DNA of 64,000 nt from an uncultured Planctomycetales bacterium (GTDB taxonomy: Bacteria; Planctomycetota; Planctomycetia; Pirellulales; Thermoguttaceae): positions 6,193 through 70,192 of the forward strand of contig CAMZEO010000001.1 in NCBI GenBank assembly GCA_947305735.1, written 5' to 3'. Positions 41,601 through 50,500 of this stretch are shown here, one piece after another. The number at the start of each line of letters is the position of its first letter. The stretch's first letter is position 1. The position numbers and the translations under genes were made by a program. The notes beneath the pieces were generated by a model. That model did no database searches. It saw only the letters and a list, made by a program, of their open reading frames with translations, and was not told the origin of the DNA.

Positions 41601-42495
41601 CGTCAGCCCAATATACCGAAGGATTGTGACCGTAGCCAAAGTAGTCGTACTGGCTATACATAACGGCATGAACGCGGTTGCGGACGGAATTAAAGTCGTC
41701 CTCTCCGTCGACGTGCGGATTCTCTCTGACGCGATACTGGGAAACCGCCGTCGAAGTCGTGTTCAGAAGCCCGGACGCGGCGAGATCTTCAGGCATGGCG
41801 GCGCGGTCGACAAGGTAGGACGTCGTCGTTTCGCCGGTAGCCGGATCGTTCGCAATCGTCTCCGTGACGACGACGAACTGATCGCCGAGAGTAACTTTGG
41901 CGTCGGGACCGGCGAAAACCATATCGCCGGTAATATCGTTCGTGGAATAATTCCAGACGACGGCGCCGTCGATGGTGAAATCGCCGTTCAGGACGGTGAA
42001 CGCGTTGACGTCGAACGTCTCGATCGTCAAAACTTTCTCGCCCTTGCCGACGACCGTCAGTTTGCCGTATTGTTCGGAGTCGATATTAACGGTGACCGCG
42101 GTCGATTCAAGATTGACGACGTAGTCGTCGGCGGTCGTTCGGAGGACGATCAGATCGTCGGCTTCGGTTTGCGCGGCCTGGTCGATCGCGGCCTGCAAGG
42201 CTCCGGAACTCAGGTCGTCGACGGCGATGACGTTGATCTGAGACAAAGACGCGGGCAACTCAAGATTGGCGTAAGCTTCGCGAATTTCGTCGTATTCGTC
42301 GGCGCCCATGGGATTGACGGAGAGGAGCTGGCGTTCTTCAAGAGCTTCCAGACCGAGCTTCTTCGCGGTCAAACTCCGCTTCTTGTCCAACCTCGCGCGA
42401 GACGCCCCCTCGTTGCCACGTCCGCGAGAAAGATTATCTTCTTTATTAGCGCCGCCGTTGCGCGAACCGCCGATCAATCGATTGAATAAACGCAT
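20659..42495 (-). CDS. Giant (about 7,278-aa) secreted multidomain protein. It contains an IdeS-like domain, 2 x reprolysin-type metzincin plus PPC, 6 Pmp-type parallel beta-helix units (four followed by a CARDB domain), and a cadherin/FN3/PKD tail.
   Basis: This is a single uninterrupted ORF (track 20659..42606). I place the start at the ATG at 42495 ([10 protein letters not shown]), which is preceded by an AGGAG Shine-Dalgarno (complement of 42502..42506). Two HExxHxxGxxHD motifs are present ([12 protein letters not shown] at 40234..40248, [12 protein letters not shown] at 38575..38589). There are dozens of GGAIY/GGAVY/GGALY repeats. CARDB-like segments start (A)PDL and end E.NE.NN. Five VVTT.LDV.DP.DG..SLREA motifs are present. 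Confidence 0.9.
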   Translation of the reverse strand: MRLFNRLIGGSRNGGANKEDNLSRGRGNEGASRARLDKKRSLTAKKLGLEALEERQLLSVNPMGADEYDEIREAYANLELPASLSQINVIAVDDLSSGALQAAIDQAAQTEADDLIVLRTTADDYVVNLESTAVTVNIDSEQYGKLTVVGKGEKVLTIETFDVNAFTVLNGDFTIDGAVVWNYSTNDITGDMVFAGPDAKVTLGDQFVVVTETIANDPATGETTTSYLVDRAAMPEDLAASGLLNTTSTAVSQYRVRENPHVDGEDDFNSVRNRVHAVMYSQYDYFGYGHNPSVYWADGLNNGNIIYDAESVGSAGWVGTVANMLAYTGWAQQAGFSTRMRLSDGTYASYNSVEDAVAAYLMNGFINTGAGTAYNWNITAASILDYFFSGNDEDCFGNNYSALTNTIEGGGFFQTIDFGKVGGYTRASDTMLQEMLSVLRKGNAVTMEVQTSDNHGNVWREYVSVWGYVYNADTLVRYGSNGTNNGAATTVGLICSNPTKSAYEQRVTDTRYNNETNPSRTVTLTHYVEEDSTRGDVYDTYHTYLLSGSGSDLRLVHAPYTYLDGNGNVQGAINFPEGFCFYGRNNEQYTTYTSRVLGFSWLQQYNANLSSVEVNQNSVLSLESMPGNTDNVIYLYFGGVEGTGWDGYEHPAFTLDNSAGYGAAELKMIEEIWRRVAEDYAPFNVNVTTSEAVWQSASRGIRCVIGGFDPTESSGGVSNIGSFGASKIDNYVYPYNLGLSAKNIAEAASHEVGHSLGLHHDGYEHSDYYDGEYSGNVTWGPIMGVGYYSEITQWSKGEYVGATQLEDDIAIIASNVGYRADAIGDTIETAAKLSDYYVDIDINAPSATAGTYNVVSYIEKREDYDVYSFKSYGGTYVVDVSGDGADDRFIDDDYSWTLPRQHADTENAVFAGLYYADSYAYTNLNLKVELLDSTGEIVLLGMDGEIMKLSFGESIVLRDSDYYFYVVDQFGKPVYLDAAKTKLKEGYQAVDDSVYSTFSHFVTPELEAGETYYIRVSGVGEGNPSTTGYSDYGSLGKYTLSMHESYEKFRLDAEQVDVSDLTYSTAVDNVLNWREAFVYAGRRLENGNLYLGNALTFNESLVGSTFNLQDTLLFTRSISLKNQPYSPKRFTLNAMNAWDAENDRPGITIDANEKFRAVYVDNTTIEMYGFTITGGVAETTNVIYLYFGGLEEGDVGWSGELHPALDIDGDPTTFNAQELEVINEVYLRVAEDYAPYNVTVTTDQSVFEAATNAIRVVIGGTGNGRGGVAYVGSFGTQKQDCYVFPNSTGGPANAKGIAEAVSHEVGHTMGLGHDGLNSSEYYGGSSLWGPIMGSPYGSTITQWSKGEYGGSTNSQDDISIIAGRLGFKEDDYGDTQKEASALVSSYLNVGNLVEDGIITNEDDVDFFYFVATDPTYVIDVVGAGADFSRTDANGYAASLRITNIDLLVKVYDEEGTLLYTCNPTDSLFAHFQIDGLEVGEKYYFSVEGTGYGDPTVAGAGYSAYGSVGQYYVTVAATTLANFVGEERYESNATKKAIQDGAVAADYVKGETYDQVGQTNNGGGVYNHYGWLTIGNSIIAGNRAYKAGGGVYNQGGEYNVTNQHDGWLYLVDTSIVGNIVTSENAIGGGLYNEDGGVATLANVTIAGNTADYSGGGIENGGRINMYNTIVGGNIARYGADVYTESGNSTNAYSSLIGDESRNASLLAQIGGQDTNNADGLSVIGKSLGTSVSSLVVTEDPGFVAYREYDRADWSPELWKFWNFRLSADSKAVDLGTNYLSSRLDYSNAYVQASKYNTLRMNRFFTTFAKDLAGQARVGGSTVDAGAYELLDAPELTGYVPASAGSDVVNNWESSIVISRAVDDQTGSIAPFLVDEPLYLNLSFINEGAKITDDFETTVYLWKFDAYSKKADMYARATQEAGVPIMTIKVELNGTLPGASARIICTNLATDEVQEFLYDGSTSYVVLENVALGSIEDVVSGLINKNVLPEQNEEGYYLFGYAVDSKNDVAELRENNNFFRTTTYFDVVESPVSVNDSIVVTTDLDVVDPYDGLISLREAVEVYAGSFYYREIALKDGDVFEANGVTYVVQGGKFYVDTTSTYQVYPGEQFYVDNDVEFVAVWDDGNGEFVDSETGLAVAVPNGTTIERGGTTYTYTGTQWLDEALSPYDFADGESVSWSETQTTVVAYVQNVYFNDENKTVAVGEGSVATINGVEYELVDGVWTHTEVVQRYDRDAVQAMGVFTLEDGTEVAVVNGVFRRVATNDVAIVRDGDVVTLADGSTAVYHYAQDRFVVTEVTTVALVDGDQITLSGETLTFRTDSYVDATGSLYNLAEGTEVTLSNGYEVVYRNGKFVYKSLARSATKIAAGTEILWNGESYTYKAGQALMQRVSRESNAVVFDPKLDGATFVLVDGPLTIDKTFTLDCVDPDGNLLDLTITSNSDDPCLFAITEDGDATVMNFKFLNATSTQTGSIFENEGELTIQNVTFANNKMEKGNLIYNARDAKLTIVSSSFANNVATEGALIYNLGDASVAGIYDETSTNTVFTSFIGDSANLGPIYNDGGTLAVQYVDFQNTSAANGGAIHLNGGSATIANVNFTGTTASGMGGAIYATNQANVRKLEDVSFVGTSAKDGGAIAVHSGTTVDASTATFDATSATDKGGAIYNNAGTVNIEGAVFKNATAVDGGAIYNAGALTLVSPVFDGNSATNQGGAVYSADGSGLIFNADDAGNPSAKFTNNSANEGGALYAETPVAFNGDLVATDNEATASYGAFYILGRLNATGTATFERNSAANVGALAVDGAEATLGATRFANNAATGSYGAAYFGITATVESLELVGNSTKGDGSALNVASDLTIGDYAIVSGNFLGGIATGGKVSIGGDATIASNVGGSVKTGGDLTIGGKLNANANVGGAINASGAVEIGGDASLTDNVAEEGSAINATGFVLIKGSATVSGNEATKGKGGAFKVGSFEVKGELNATDNKAADDGGAIYADGAATLAKSTFDNNETQGSGGAIYANGKITIAYGSFVANKAAANAGAVYAGAGLSASNSLFAKNVADALGGAVYAAASTTFVNVTIADNQAADGAGLYNAGTGSATIDNSIVAGNVATGTGYDIYTEDGATTILRDSLLQNIAQVGPKAFETVQAYRSILGVDPEFDADYALKASSPAVNAGANSLDSSPVDLAGNPRRVGLTIEGEVRGVDMGAFEYQTIVAPDLEIIANSVDYWGVEAIVGGVATELGYFVGGTDVCIDFNVQNIGDARVIDNFGFNVKLVGVNAKGETIYDQTLPTQYYQTDFINHDWLDVSDWIDVNGQKTMMTNFGALPLGMYTVTVTLDVEGVGAIYEYGEEDGYVGDNNNVFVGTFNVFSEPSTVVTTELDVEDPTDGEKSLREAIAAAGDYQFVSTFLVADGTTFTLENGQVLTVVDGWLTKTVDVVVKNGVEIDLQEGDEFLLNGRPIYYHFQINGGYFTYGVDPDSARVPQSALESGSVTYPDGTSATFALQTDQYIHYVDEVDLNPPEGTHYTYNVLRTPNGDVVLQDGMSFEFSNVKFTYYQNETYPNGAFVFEDGTVVEYVDGGDLSFASLAIGTLSTRHARVEDKVTLVGGATLEVRNGVARLTKTIDCNVTFDETKMRDKTIVIDPSKGPVVVDRTTRLFGSDASPVFVDRDVSILGEDRNVAISGDNVVNMFSINAATNVSISDLTMTKGYAKIGGAILNKGSLSLTNVDFVDNEAYWIKSTTSGDHLTEGLGGAVANFGTLDVDGGTFSNNKATDFGGAIFADTTGATSVKNASFDGNVAFAGGAIAAQNGTLSVEKTSFTSNQAERAGAVYTLVDMTVVAGVFSNNAARAVDFASRNVVGGAVYGGPDAKLTFKAEPGGESTVAVSFDGNSAEAGGAIYAEKSVDVEGDLVAKNNSAKASEYLNEVKGDYGAIYANGYVKVTGDVVMTGNKADGSYGALLAKGDFAIGGDADISNNAAANGNYGAFKTTGDATVGGNLTANSNSAAGDYGAFEAQSLDVKGDFIASGNVAGGSYGATFVPNGVKVGGNACLSNNQAKSYGAALVGGALDVIGDLTVDGNKATGGSYGAFGADSVAVGGNAAINGNSATGLYGAANVLGQFKVDGNAEISNNTANEVSGVQADSVVVGGDLTVNGNSNPTNTGALASKTSISVVGSATAKDNVGGALIAKTTVDVGGDADLENNSSDQGAAINAGGAVVVVGNAVARNNVATGEGGAIYAKSFEVGGSLTAAGNAAGAKGGAVYSKTYVKVGKGQSNISGNKAGLDGGAIYAINSVEVAGDAIIATNEAGTVPTNVAETSSETIGTNGETIKTTVKTTAFSALGGAIYVAAGGAEFGGDVSFNKNKAQGSAGALYAKGGVKVAGNATFAENSALGYVLTETKTEITPADGSGPSVASEPKTDYIGDYGAAYVDGDLEIEGVFELAGNEANRDYGGMYVAGAVAVKGDAAITGNKAGVDYGALAIGTSMTVGGNLDVSNNEADSASGVYARSIAVLGDMNVVANKAVNAGAALISIAATTVDGNVAIKNNVNGGVNANSLDIVGSLEATDNETTGGGAAVDAATFVKVAGGATISGNKAGDQGGAIRAGGDVKIVGKATITNNSANIGGAISAGSVDLNNSLVANNEAVEKGGAIYAGTIKLVNVTVAGNKAYEGGGLYVLTSAAIDNSIVAGNAVASKEIVVGEDTQTVEGTGVDVFAAVGAKITLRNSLLQNVESTGDVAFGESWMKSEYRCFVNVDPKFADAAAGDYSLQAGSPAINGGDNRLAVPGVDFDLAGGARIVGAEVGGVVYSIDMGAYEYQTAISPDLGFGTDPVNFWFAKINDKTTDHYIAGRDVVLDYSIMNLGDAPVFDKFSVTFSVTGVTATGASYADSKVERYQSGSDYFDWLRSSDWLDVGATQTYYRQNLGSLPVGTYTITITVDSGSEIPELVADNNVYSIEFKVYEAPSVVVTTDADSDAYDPLDDAITLREASELYVGPYWFGSRVLIDAADLVRDDMVAVTVQDGVATTGRNVLVDAGTDVELVDGKEIEYGETYVVYNKGVFTYPDGTTVAYAPAQFDYSYSIDLAMADGSTVTAHRESKFDYLESLGQVPPVSTKYEYVDVVVKPDGSKILFADLQRNSIVYSKTYATYRAEAVKTSTGEIVAIANGAAVVYNGVQGQFMNGGFISDDGSVKVVLADHATLEIVGEDSNLRATYLGATFAFEDGSYVEFVEGGSLATDLGVVYEMAVRRDVVDAAFESADGLRYEFANDGTAWVSTFVGNEITFSQTLVDRSATITLAGKEITPAKDQTIKGASAITVDAASLSGAIYVDVGRSVEIDDLSFVNGRAATGGAIRNAGSLVLNNVNVRDSVAFAANPVDPTDKILYDGLGGAAYNSGNLTINGGSYASNKSTYFGGAVYSIGSLEIVEAGFASNSTDYFGGAVYFQNSNASIVSSVFTDNETKYNGGAIAGAATKAASKLSVVNSLLVKNTSKQAEGGAIYAIGEGAAMEVSLVNDTISDNKAAIGGGVALDSASAEIKNSIVAKNEAAYQGVDVALERTATAVLYASMIGDGSNAVNPDAMTVAEGFSAFVGTTLNPFDPKFGAGYKLTAQSPAVNTGVNSFVEGIDKDVYGNDRIASDYVDMGAVEYAPVAPDLAFGPGALVGVYAKANGVDTGKFDQGWDVCFNYEFANYDSGVVLNSFDYSITIERLDSNGDVVEGSSRVFTKTYGDDVSGFMSREYWLQNGDAVSGYWNVGRLTPGHYRATISVDVNNSVFESNEDNNSFALEFDVAERPSLVVTTELDVVDQYDGLVSLREAIASVGAGTGSSISIDRRLENGATFELAANEGMDVPEGAVATYADGKLTYVKKGYVTVDNVTIEDETVELIANVKYELANGETLVWNGSDSVTLENAIANVITFAPDVCGKTISLEAGELMIDRDLTISGPTDGQTITIDAHNDSRIFFVARATVYANNLVLVNAKADGGAAVYNAGDLTLNEVEIKSATAEQGAGVYNAVNADLKLWNVSFADMNATENGGAIYNAGALVGSGVSFDGSKAVDGAAVYNVGDAKFIQAEFKNGKASDQAGAIYNAEGGTLTIEAKTDSALGVASNVFEGNSAKYGGAIVNYLGTATVSSATFVGNVASDDAGAIDNYGDLALTDVVFNDNKADAGFGGAIYNSLSSTTNAYVVAINGVEFNGNQALKGGAIYNAANSEVVGNNDYVKFGGNAAEEGAAIYNAGVVAAGSKWSFEGNRATGSGAAFYNASGSATFSSVSFLSNSAVNGAAVYNAASFASTNAIFKSNVATGAGAALHNAKGTAKISNAAMSLNEAGTNGGAIFVAEGSVEARNVTIGANVAAQKAGGVYNKGTFNAYNAIVAGNYAPDAVDFYSTTSTASLKNSLLGSTSGVNKKPSMTNSKTGEPGFAVAPIFVEGKVANAEVVDVRLTAKSQAVNSGLNAYALDATGANLDFDLDGNQRVCTSLDSVDMGAYEFPFEEPSTTVNTDKDVVDPTDGQISLREAIEYASRLDASQGGKKVTFDASVSSVTLNSTLYVDSDVVIGNDDRTIEIASSGFDGSLVVVGSENANANVKFVKVDFTGAGNGYDLDDHPDRSGGAMRNFATVTLEKVVVRGNEAAYGGGVYNAGTMTIVESEIVGNRAHYYGGVYNRGALTVERSTIADNEAIYYGGGLGTYTGATISNTLVVGNRASLGAGVYVQVNMMDLLSAASFDVDLINATIVGNTARGDRSESLGGGVWANHRLNVKNSILYGNSASAAADLYATTITPTSQTVLKNSDIGSANIAISGTGVKSVDPMFISFDSSAKWSEWDLGLQIGSKMIDAGDDSYVVGNLDVLGKQRIANKRVDMGAIEEQGNVAPSSITFTKAGDVMSDAAPGYVVGVFEAVDANAGDAFTYELVDDANGAFALDGDKLIVKKRLSAGDYEATVRATDSGDASVDATFTIVVTDPAAPSYATPEITFVGRDVDGNVVVEWKTVDPAKEYVVEYRLKGSSKWNDTGALTDVHGLIRDASFETGDVVEVRIKALASSVKNESEWSGVAEHEIKAAPKSFNVDKQTAKTASGDSVAVVYNVASNADAYAYWKVDWKDGTVETFVGLTMSRNLRHWYEQSGVYTPVLYVDNSEGFELDAVSVVLEASGAVLDLDVETVNVFSELAPVATDAQEFATVDLAVAAAILDQSPVEWNAIAESVSVKAENRESVAIAATSSRTVAPNLAFVAETTDAAFAEFASFDMEAEDAAKLDVELSNSIFDDDFLGDLFED
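20662..21879 (-). other. C-terminal tail of the giant protein: cadherin-like, FN3-like and PKD-like domains, then an acidic terminus
   Basis: The cadherin-like segment is [39 protein letters not shown]...[19 protein letters not shown]. The FN3-like segment is [30 protein letters not shown]. The PKD-like segment is [13 protein letters not shown]...[12 protein letters not shown]. The protein ends ...[14 protein letters not shown] with no sorting motif that I recognise. Confidence 0.55.
21880..36387 (-). repeat. Five reiterated modules of the giant gene. Each has a CSLREA-like motif, a beta-hairpin-rich spacer, a Pmp-type beta-helix ending in DMGA.E, and (in three of the five) a CARDB domain.
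   Basis: The module-opening motifs start at 36387 ([21 protein letters not shown]), 32379 ([21 protein letters not shown]), 27600 ([24 protein letters not shown]), 25110 ([22 protein letters not shown]) and 23001 ([22 protein letters not shown]). The helix-closing (V/I)DMGA(F/Y/V/I)E motifs lie near 32880, 28060, 25565, 23035 and 21900. Confidence 0.8.
37950..40605 (-). repeat. Tandem duplication inside the giant gene: two metzincin catalytic plus PPC-like blocks, 550 codons apart
   Basis: Copy 1 starts with [23 protein letters not shown] at 40605 and copy 2 with [25 protein letters not shown] at 38955. Both continue ...VAEDYAP(F/Y)NV.VTT...HEVGH..GL.HDG...[10 protein letters not shown]. Each is followed by a PPC-like segment (DYDVYSF / DVDFFYF ... 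YY(I/F).V.G.G). Confidence 0.8.
40980..41650 (-). other. IdeS/Mac-1 (peptidase C66)-like domain within the giant protein, apparently lacking the catalytic Cys and His
   Basis: By-eye similarity to the S. pyogenes IdeS sequence as I remember it. [17 protein letters not shown] resembles [27 protein letters not shown] resembles [24 protein letters not shown] resembles INHVINLWGADFD. In this hand alignment the positions of Cys94 and His262 are Gly and Tyr. Confidence 0.35.
42319..42351 (-). other. N-terminal [11 protein letters not shown] motif of the giant protein
   Basis: This corresponds to residues 49..59 counted from the ATG at 42495. There is no hydrophobic Sec-type h-region before it. I recall LExLExRxLL[SA] as recurrent near the N-termini of very large planctomycete extracellular-type proteins; this is from memory, not a search. 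Confidence 0.5.
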
Positions 42496-43386
42496 CTTTT
42501 TCTCCTGAACAAAGAACCGACCCAAATCGTCGACTCCAAAAATCGCCCGGCTTTTTCCGCGACTTGCGCGACCGACGTCTCGGGGGCAAGGGAGCGGCGG
42601 AATCATTCGCTCGGGTTTTGACGTTCCATTTATTGCGCCAAACGCGCCGAAACCGCCGGGCGTCGACTAGTATGACCCGGCGCGCTCGCGCGCTCTTTTC
42701 CGCGCGGCTCTCAAACTCAAAACGTTTCGCTTGAGAGTCGCCGCGTCTGTTATCCGACGTCGCGAAGCCTTCTTTCTCGCGGCGAGCGGAAAGGGAAGGA
42801 TACGCCTGACGCGCCTCGCTCCTTCGCCGCTCGAAGGCCCCTCGACGCGGATCAAGGGGTTCGTCCGAACAGTTCGGAAAAAGACGCTCGCGCGGAAAAC
42901 GCAATGCCGTTTGACTATTTTGGCGTTAGGCTTTGACGTTTTTGACGCGCCGATAGTTCCCGGCGACGTCGCGCCCTCGAGCGACGAAAACGACCGTTTC
43001 CGCGCGCCAAAAGGAGCTTTTTTTCATAAACGAAAAACGCTCAAACGCCCTTTTTTCCAAAATAAAAACGGATTATGCGGACTCTACAATAGTTTAACTG
43101 AAAAAGACGGTTTTTACAACCAAAAAGAAGACTTTTTCAAAAATTTTCATAAAGGGTTCTAGTAGATATGCCGATTATGCGCCGAATGCCCTCGCCGGAC
43201 GCCGATTTTACAAAATAGAGAATTTAAACAAAATACATATTATTAAAATAAGAGTAAAATATAGAAAATTTAGTTAATTTGTTAAAGACAGGAAATATAT
43301 AGCGAATCACGACGACCATGCGTTTTCCGGAACCGTCTCGGTAGAAACGCGCGAACCAATCGTATCGTTCGCGCGTTAGAGAAGTT
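42496..43386 (-). promoter_or_regulatory. Long upstream non-coding region of the giant gene, with an AT-rich island (about 43000..43330)
   Basis: 891 nt separate the stop of the upstream gene (43387) from the giant-gene ATG. The distal part is very AT-rich (ttaaacaaaatacatattattaaaataagagtaaaatatagaaaatttagttaatttg). On the minus strand it contains TTAACA-16 nt-TATATT, but chance matches are expected in AT-rich DNA. Confidence 0.35.
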
Positions 43387-45213
43387 TTACTCCGCTTGAT
43401 AATCGGGATCGTACCGGAACCCAGCCGAAACCCAGCCGTCGTTGACGTCGACAAACGATGGTATCAGCGCGCCGCGTTTCTCGCCGGTCTTACGGTCGTC
43501 GAGCAATATCGGAGCGACGACGTATTCGTCTTGAATTGATTTTTCCAGGCGTTTCAAAAGGATTCGGCGGAACGTGTGGAACCTCGCCGAAACGGAATCG
43601 CCTTCCTGATACCCTTCCGGAAGAACTTCGACCGTATCGCGAACGAACGCGTAAGAATCGTCCCTCCGTTCGACGCGGTAAACCAGTTGGACTTCGATGG
43701 GAGGCCACTCTTTGCCGTCGCTGACGCACGAGGCGATGTGAAGCGACGTCGAGACGGCTCCGTTTTCAAAACGCGCGTCAAAGGGACGGACGTCGTCGAA
43801 ACGAATCGACACGTCGCGATAATTGTCTTCCGGATCGAGCGGGCGTTCTTCTTTGGGCTCGTACGGAGTCAGAAAGCTCTTGGCGTCGTCGGGATCGACG
43901 CCCGGAAAACGAGCGATCACGGAGTCGAGCGAGTTGGAACCCGGTCCAAACTCGGCGTCCATAAGCGCGACGGTCGCCGCGTTGTTCGGTCCGCTTTGAT
44001 GCAATTTAACCAAGACGTCGCAATCGGAGTCCGAAACGGACGGAGAACCGGCGAAAGAGGGGGGCGCGCACTTCGAGACGGGGAGTCCTCCCGCGTAATT
44101 CGACGTTCGAATTCTTTGCGCGACGGAACGATTCGAACAGGACGGTACGGCGAGTTGCCAGCTTCTTCCCAGGACGCACGAGAAGAAAAATCTCGCGTTC
44201 GACGTCCGCGCGCTCATATGGTTGATCATCGGATCGTCGGCGTTCGCCGTCATGCGCCTGACGCGTTGATTGAGCGCGTCCAATCTTTCGTCGACCTGTT
44301 TGTCCAGCTCGGCGGCGACGCGACGACTGGCGAGAATAGCGGACTCGCGTTCCGAAAGCGGAAGTTCCGCGTTAATTTTGCTCTGGATGAGCAGACCGCC
44401 GAGAGGCGTCGGTCTGTTGGGATCGACGGATTTGACGCGGGATTTCATGCTCCCCGACGCGACGCCGGGAGTCGACGTAAGAGAGCCGTCGGGATTGGCG
44501 TAAATCGTTTTTACGGCGCTCACGTTCCCAAAGTTGTCCGTGTAGACGTCGACGTTGCGCGACGTGCCGACGACGGACGTCGCCAGACGCGAGTTCAGAA
44601 CAATGGCGAAAGCGGCGCGATCGACGCTCGGAACGAATTTGAGCGACGTCTGATTCCAGGCCTGTCCCGTTCCTCGCGCTAAAGTTCCTCGAATCGTTTC
44701 CTGAACGGGGTACTGTTCCGAAGTGTTTCGAGTCGCCATCGCCGCCAGAAAACGCTCGCTCGCCTCGAGGTATAGATTCGGCATGGAAAACTGCTCACGG
44801 AGCGCCGAGTTAAGAACGGCGACGGCGGGAGATTTCGACTGATAATGTCGAACTTCGCCAAGGGCGCGCATGAGCGCGTCGAACGAGTCGAGCGAACCGG
44901 TCGCGTTAAATTCTTCGAACGACGAGGCGACCAGGTCGCAATTCGCCTGATAATACTCGCGTTCGGCTCTGTCAAACTCGCCGTCCGGCTCGGCGACGCT
45001 CTCTCCGTCGGAATATTCGCGAAAGCCGGGATTAAAAGACGATTTCGCGGCGTCGCACAGCCGTCTGATCTTCGTTTCCGACGCGGCGTCGCGAAACGTC
45101 GTTTTATTCGGAAACGCCGCGTCGGCCGACGTCGCGACCAACGACGAACAGAGCGAACACGCAAACGCGGCGACAACCGCCGAAAGAATTAGGACTTTTC
45201 TCATCACTGTCAT
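43387..45213 (-). CDS. Secreted hypothetical protein (about 608 aa), no recognised domain
   Basis: The track ORF is 43387..45276. The ATG at 45213 or 45204 gives MTVMRKVLILSAVVAAFACSLCSSLVATSADA, a Sec signal. The body is long and has ordinary composition. Confidence 0.6.
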   Translation of the reverse strand: MTVMRKVLILSAVVAAFACSLCSSLVATSADAAFPNKTTFRDAASETKIRRLCDAAKSSFNPGFREYSDGESVAEPDGEFDRAEREYYQANCDLVASSFEEFNATGSLDSFDALMRALGEVRHYQSKSPAVAVLNSALREQFSMPNLYLEASERFLAAMATRNTSEQYPVQETIRGTLARGTGQAWNQTSLKFVPSVDRAAFAIVLNSRLATSVVGTSRNVDVYTDNFGNVSAVKTIYANPDGSLTSTPGVASGSMKSRVKSVDPNRPTPLGGLLIQSKINAELPLSERESAILASRRVAAELDKQVDERLDALNQRVRRMTANADDPMINHMSARTSNARFFFSCVLGRSWQLAVPSCSNRSVAQRIRTSNYAGGLPVSKCAPPSFAGSPSVSDSDCDVLVKLHQSGPNNAATVALMDAEFGPGSNSLDSVIARFPGVDPDDAKSFLTPYEPKEERPLDPEDNYRDVSIRFDDVRPFDARFENGAVSTSLHIASCVSDGKEWPPIEVQLVYRVERRDDSYAFVRDTVEVLPEGYQEGDSVSARFHTFRRILLKRLEKSIQDEYVVAPILLDDRKTGEKRGALIPSFVDVNDGWVSAGFRYDPDYQAE

Positions 45214-45544
45214 CCGATTAAACCGCCGACCAAATCGCTTTACAGACCCGTCGAGCGCGGCGCCGCCGCCGAACAAGTCGTTTGTGTTTTCGGGCGAATT
45301 GTCGCGACTTTTCAGAAAAAGAGAACAAAAACAAGACGTTTCTTAAAAAGCGTTTGCGGTAATGCAAGCAGTAACGATTATAACAATCTTTTCCCTTTTC
45401 CCCCAAGTCGCGCCCGCGTCGAAGCGTCTTGCGGAGGAAGTTCTTCAAAACGCGATCGTCGACTTCGGTCCGGGATTTTGAAACGTCGGATTCGACGATC
45501 GATAAAAACGACCAAAAATAATCGGGAAAAATCAAAAAGTCATG

Positions 45545-45573
45545 TTTACAGGTTCGCCAAATTTCCCTATACG
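45545..45573 (+). promoter_or_regulatory. Putative sigma70-like promoter upstream of lpxA
   Basis: TTTACA (45545..45550), 17-nt spacer, TATACG (45568..45573), about 70 nt upstream of the lpxA ATG. This is a pattern match only. Confidence 0.3.
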
Positions 45574-45645
45574 TTTAATTGTCGTCAACGCGCCGCGCGA
45601 CGTTTTCCGGGCGCGGGGCGGCGGTCATGCGTAAAGGAACAGACA

Positions 45646-46593
45646 ATGCAAATTCACCGGTTAGCTCTCGTCGATCCCGGCGCCAAAATTGGTCGGGACG
45701 TTCAAATTGGTCCTTTCTGCGTCGTCGAAGACGGCGTCGACATTGGCGACGGCACAATTCTCGAAGCGCGCGTCACCATCAAAAAAGGAACGATCATCGG
45801 CAAGAACAATCATATATTCGAAGGCGCCGTCATCGGCGGATTGCCTCAATGCGTCGGGCTTGCGGAGGAAAACTGCGGAGGAGTGATCGTCGGCGACGGG
45901 AACGTCATCCGCGAAAATGTCACGATTCACCGCTCGATGCGCCCGGACGGCTCGACCATCGTCGGCGACGAATGCATGCTGATGGTCAACGCGCACGTCG
46001 CGCACGACTGCAACGTCGCGAGCAACGTAATCCTCGCGAACAACGCCATGCTCGCCGGACACGTGGTCGTAGGACGTCGCGCTTTCGTCTCGGGCGCGGC
46101 CGGCGCGCACCAGTTCGTCCGGATCGGAGCTTACGCGATGGTCGGAGGTCAGGCGCACCTGGTCAAAGACGTTCCTCCGTTTGTCACCGTCGACGGTCTG
46201 TCCAGTCAGGTCGTCGGCTTAAACGTGGTCGGTCTGAAGCGCGCCGGCTTTTCTTCCGCCGATCTGAAGACGCTCAAAAACGTGTATCGCATTCTGTATA
46301 AGAGCGACCTCAACTGGCGAGAAATCGTTGAAAAGATCGAAAAGGAGTACACCGAGGGCGCGGGGCTTGAAATGGCTCGTTTCCTCGCGTCGACGACGCG
46401 AGGGATCACCGCCGAACGCGCCTGTCTTCCGACCGTTTCCGAGGCTCGCGAAGCGGCGAGAGAAGCGTCCGGAAAGAACAAAGAAAACGCCGCTCAAACG
46501 GATTCCGACGAGCCAAACGTCATTCCGTTGCGCGTCGTCGACGAAGACGGAGCTTCGCTGCTCCCCCCTCCTTCGAAGAGACGGATCGCCTGA
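45646..46593 (+). CDS. lpxA: Acyl-ACP--UDP-N-acetylglucosamine O-acyltransferase
   Basis: The ATG is at 45646 (MQIHRLALVDPGAKIGRDVQIGPFCVVEDGVDIGDGT...). Similarity to E. coli LpxA is strong throughout (NVIRENVTIHR, LMVNAHVAHDC, ILANNAMLAGHV, AHQFVRIGAYAMVGG, DVPPF, GLKRAGFS, STTRGI). There is a low-complexity C-terminal extension of about 55 aa. Confidence 0.9.
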   Translation: MQIHRLALVDPGAKIGRDVQIGPFCVVEDGVDIGDGTILEARVTIKKGTIIGKNNHIFEGAVIGGLPQCVGLAEENCGGVIVGDGNVIRENVTIHRSMRPDGSTIVGDECMLMVNAHVAHDCNVASNVILANNAMLAGHVVVGRRAFVSGAAGAHQFVRIGAYAMVGGQAHLVKDVPPFVTVDGLSSQVVGLNVVGLKRAGFSSADLKTLKNVYRILYKSDLNWREIVEKIEKEYTEGAGLEMARFLASTTRGITAERACLPTVSEAREAAREASGKNKENAAQTDSDEPNVIPLRVVDEDGASLLPPPSKRRIA

Positions 46594-46617
46594 ATTAAAA
46601 GCCGTCGCCTCATTCCA

Positions 46618-46658
46618 ACGCGTTTGCGGTTCCGATTGATCCGCAAGCGCGTTTTTTT
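46618..46658 (+). terminator. Rho-independent terminator after lpxA
   Basis: A 12-bp stem (46618..46629 acgcgtttgcgg pairs with 46641..46652 ccgcaagcgcgt, one G-U pair) is followed by a run of 7 T. Confidence 0.7.
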
Positions 46659-46752
46659 GTCGACGGCGGTTAAACGAAAGACTTGCGTCGCCTTGCTCGT
46701 TCGCGTATAATGAGGGGAAGTTTGTCGAGAGTTTAGACGCGGAGCCAAAATT

Positions 46753-47499
46753 ATGGGACTAAAATCAGAACTCGAAGAAAACCCTTACGAACCGCCAATC
46801 GAGGAAGACTACCTTCAGACGTCGCTCCAATACCGCGAATATTTCGATTCCGAAGAAGATTTCCGCGAGGCGCTCGCCGTTTGGCCGAAATGTCCGCGCT
46901 GCGGAAGGCGGAGGATCGCGCGCTGTCCGATTTGCAAGACGTCGGGCAATCTCTTTCCTCTTGCCGACTCTTCTTTTTGGAACGCGAGCGCCGACGAAAC
47001 GCCGACGACGGAAACGACGAAACCATGTCGAGGCTGCGGCTCGTGTTCTAATCGCCACGACAACGCGCTCTACGACGAATCGGAGACGCCCGCGACTCTG
47101 GACGGTCAAATATTTCCGGGCATTCCGAGCCCTCGACGCGTCGCCAAAGAACTGGAAAAGACGTCCGACGTCTTCGACGAACTCGACGACGAACGCGAAC
47201 GCGTCGAATCGTGGGACGCGACGCAAAATCCTCCAATCGTCGCGTGCGGCGTGTGTTCCGAAGCGTTTGAACCAAAGTTTCCCAGAAAGTGCGAGTGGTG
47301 CGGCTACGAATTTGAATCGGGCGTCGACGAAGACGAGCTCGTCTCAAACGACGACTTTAACGGAGTCGACGCGTTTCTCGCGCGCAAAAAGGACGGAGGC
47401 GACGAAGTCGAGGAACCGAACAACGCGCGCGTCGTCGCGACGGTCCTCGCCGTCGCGGCGATTCTTATCGGCGGTTTGATCTACATGGCGCTCCTCTAA
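46753..47499 (+). CDS. Zinc-ribbon-rich, C-terminally membrane-anchored hypothetical protein
   Basis: 248-aa ORF with a GGAG Shine-Dalgarno 8 nt upstream. It has three CxxC-pair clusters (CPRCGRRRIARCPICK; CRGCGSCS; CGVCSEAFEPKFPRKCEWCGYEF) and a C-terminal TM segment (VVATVLAVAAILIGGLIYMALL). Confidence 0.55.
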   Translation: MGLKSELEENPYEPPIEEDYLQTSLQYREYFDSEEDFREALAVWPKCPRCGRRRIARCPICKTSGNLFPLADSSFWNASADETPTTETTKPCRGCGSCSNRHDNALYDESETPATLDGQIFPGIPSPRRVAKELEKTSDVFDELDDERERVESWDATQNPPIVACGVCSEAFEPKFPRKCEWCGYEFESGVDEDELVSNDDFNGVDAFLARKKDGGDEVEEPNNARVVATVLAVAAILIGGLIYMALL

Positions 47500-47516
47500 T
47501 TGTTTGCCCGGTTTCA

Positions 47517-50500
47517 ATGAAACGCGTTTTTTTTAATTGGGATCGTCCCTTTCTACCCGCCGTCGCCGAATATATCGTTCGATCTTACGTCGACCAAAAC
47601 GGCGCCGACGGCTCCGTCGACCTCGATCTTGGGGGGCGCGTCTATATTCTTCCGGCGCAACGCGCGATTCGAACGCTGGAAGCGTATTTGCAACAGGTCG
47701 TCGAACGCGAAATCGAAGCCGGCTTAATCTCGAGCGCGTGGATTCCCCCGACGTTCATGAGTTTGGGAACCGCCCCCGAAAGGCTCTATTCCAATCCGCG
47801 CCAGGTCGCCGGGCAATTGACGCGATCGTACTGCATGCGCAAGACGATCGAAGAATTTTTTGCCGTAGCGTCGGACGAAACCAGACTGCTCATGAAATCG
47901 AAGCCGGCGAATTTCGCGGAGCAACTCGAACTCGCGAGCTCCCTCCTGACGCTCAAGGACGAACTCGATTCCGAGCGACAAACTTGCGCGCGCGTCGCGG
48001 AATATTGCCTTTCCAAAGGACTCGACGACGAAGCGCGCCGCTGGCGCGTTCTGGAAAAAATCAACGCGTCGTACGAAGCGAAACTCAAAGCGAATAAACT
48101 CGCCGACCTCAACAAGGCGCGCTTGAGCGCTTTGCCGGAAATCGAGGAACGCGGCGCGGGCGAATATCGCGGCAAACCGATCCAATACCGCGTCGTCGGA
48201 GCGGTCGACTTGAACAACCTTCAAAAATCGATTTTTGAAAAACTTGGCGATTCCGTCGAATTCTGGGTTTTCGCGCCGGAAGAAGAAAAAGATCGCTTCG
48301 ACAAATTCGGTTGCGTCGTTCCCGAACAATGGACGGATTATCATATCCCGTTGCGCATGGAGCAAATCTTTCAGGCGAACACTCCCGCCGAACAGGGAGA
48401 AATCGCCGCGCTCTTAACGCGCGAATTATCGAAACGTTACGACGGAGAAAATTGGATTTACGAGCCGATCGATCCGCTTTCGCTCACCATCGGAACGCCC
48501 GACGACGAAGTCGCGCCTTTTATCAGGCAAAACATGAACGCCATCGGCTACGGAACGATTGTCGGAGAAGGAACGCGCATGACCGACAATCGCGTTTACA
48601 AACTCCTGCTCAATCTTGCCGAATACCTCGAGACGCGCTCGTTCGCCTCGTTTGAAGAACTCCTAAGACGCGTCGATCTCGAAGATTACGTCCGCGCCAA
48701 CTGGAACGACGTCGACGACGCGAAGGAGCCGAATCCCGACGGAGAATCGACGGACGCTCCCGAGGATTACGACGACGTCGGCGCCTTGGACGAAATGGAC
48801 GACGACGCGAAAATAAAGCCCGAGGAACGCGTCGGCGGAGATTTAATCGCCGAACTCGACGACTACCGCGCGCGTTACTTGCCGACGCGCGTCGACGGAA
48901 GGTGGTTCCAATTCAAAGACCGCGACGACGAACGACGCAATCGAAGCTACGGCAACTTGCGACGAGCGTCGCGCCTGCTCGACAAATTGTTGCGCGAACA
49001 TAAATTCTGGACGGTCTCTTTCGGTTCGAAAGCGTTTCAACGCTCGAACGTCGTCGTTACGGAAACCGAAGGGAACGTCGACGATCTTAAGCCGGACTAC
49101 CAGGAGGCGCTCGACGCCGTTTTATCGGGACAATACGCGTTCATCAAAAACTGGTCGAAAGACGCGCTTCAATGGTCGTCCGTTCAGCCGCGGTCGCCCC
49201 TGAATCAGCAGGCCCGACAGATCTCCAACCTTGCGTTGGAAATCTACGGCGGCGCCCAAAAGACGGATCGCGAAGCGGAAAACCAAATCGCAGGATTTTT
49301 CAAAGCTTTCAACAAGGCGCTTTCGTCGCTCGCGGCTATTCCTGACGAACTCTCCGAAAAAACGACCGGTTCCGAAGCGATACGCGTCGTCCTGAAAGAA
49401 ATCGCCGGGGAACGAATCGATCCGACGCCGGAAAGCGACGTCGTCGAGATGCAAGGCTGGCTTGATCTGCTCTTCGACGACGCGCCCAATCTGATATTAA
49501 CGGGATTTAACGAGGGAAAAGTTCCGTCGAACAAGTCGAGCGATCTTTTCCTTCCGAACGAAGTTCGGTCGCGGCTCGGTTTGCGCGACTCGTCGCGGCT
49601 TTACGCGCGCGACGCGTACCTGACGACCACGCTCGTCCATTCGCGGCGCAACTTCTTTGTCGTTATGGGGAAACGCTCGTTGGACGGCGATCCGAAAACC
49701 CCGAGCAGGTTCGTCTTTGCGACCGACCGCGAGGAAATCCCGAAACGCGTCGTCAAATACTTCGCACAAGAAGACGCCGACGGCGTTCAACGGTTGAGAT
49801 CGCGACAGCTTGACGCCGACGGTCAAGTCCGCGAATTTCCGAAAAAATTGAAGGTTGGAGAGACCGAAGCGCAAGACGTTTCTTCAGGCGAAGGCTCGAA
49901 AACCGCGGACGCGACCGACGTCAATGGAGCCGAGTCGCGCGCCGAGCGCGAACGAGTTTTTAAGCCGGGATTCCGTCCTCCGACGCTCGACGTTCGCGCG
50001 CAACAAGCGAAGAAATCGCGATACAACCTCGGTTCAATAAACGTCACCGACTTCCAGACGTTTCTCGACAGTCCGTACCGATTCTTCCTGCGCAAAGTTT
50101 TCGGACTTGCGGCCGCGCCGCCGCCAAACGCGTTTGAATTGGACGCCGGTAAATTTGGAACCGTCGTTCACGACGTGTTGCGAATATTCGGCGAAAGCGA
50201 TTATAAAGACTCGACCGACGAAAACGTTATCGCGCAAAAACTGAGCGACAGTCTCGACGAGTACGCCCAATCGTTCGTCAACGAACACACGTCGCCGTTC
50301 GTCGTCGTGCAAGTCGAACAAATCAGAGAGCGTCTCCGCGCGTTCGCGCGCTGGCAGGCGGCGTGGCGCAAATCGGGTCGGGTCGTCAAATGGGTCGAAC
50401 GCGCGCCTGAAGAACAGCGAATCGCCTGTCGCGTCGGCGACAAGGAATTTTGGATCAACGGACGAATCGACCGAATCGACTACTGTCAGGCGGAAAACCG

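Noticed and set aside
23068-42489. Very long plus-strand ORFs inside the giant gene region (e.g. 23068..25227 at 719 aa, 25663..27783 at 706 aa, 27808..29043, 31075..32679, 34585..35979, 36025..37161, 38368..39999, 40870..42489).
   Set aside because: They are antisense shadows of the giant minus-strand gene. Their translations are Arg/Gly/Val/Asp-rich, low-complexity and motif-free, whereas the minus-strand frame is continuous for 21.9 kb and full of recognisable domains. Scarcity of TTA/CTA/TCA codons in this codon usage keeps antisense frames open.
43576-44682. Plus-strand 368-aa ORF.
   Set aside because: It is antisense to the 608-aa secreted-protein gene. It has an Arg-rich shadow-type composition and no start context.
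46400-46593. Low-complexity C-terminal extension of LpxA. A similar Ala/Glu/Pro-rich tail occurs on RhaT at about 53740..53931.
   Set aside because: Disordered tails on otherwise conserved enzymes are common in this kind of genome. Nothing in the sequence points to a specific function.
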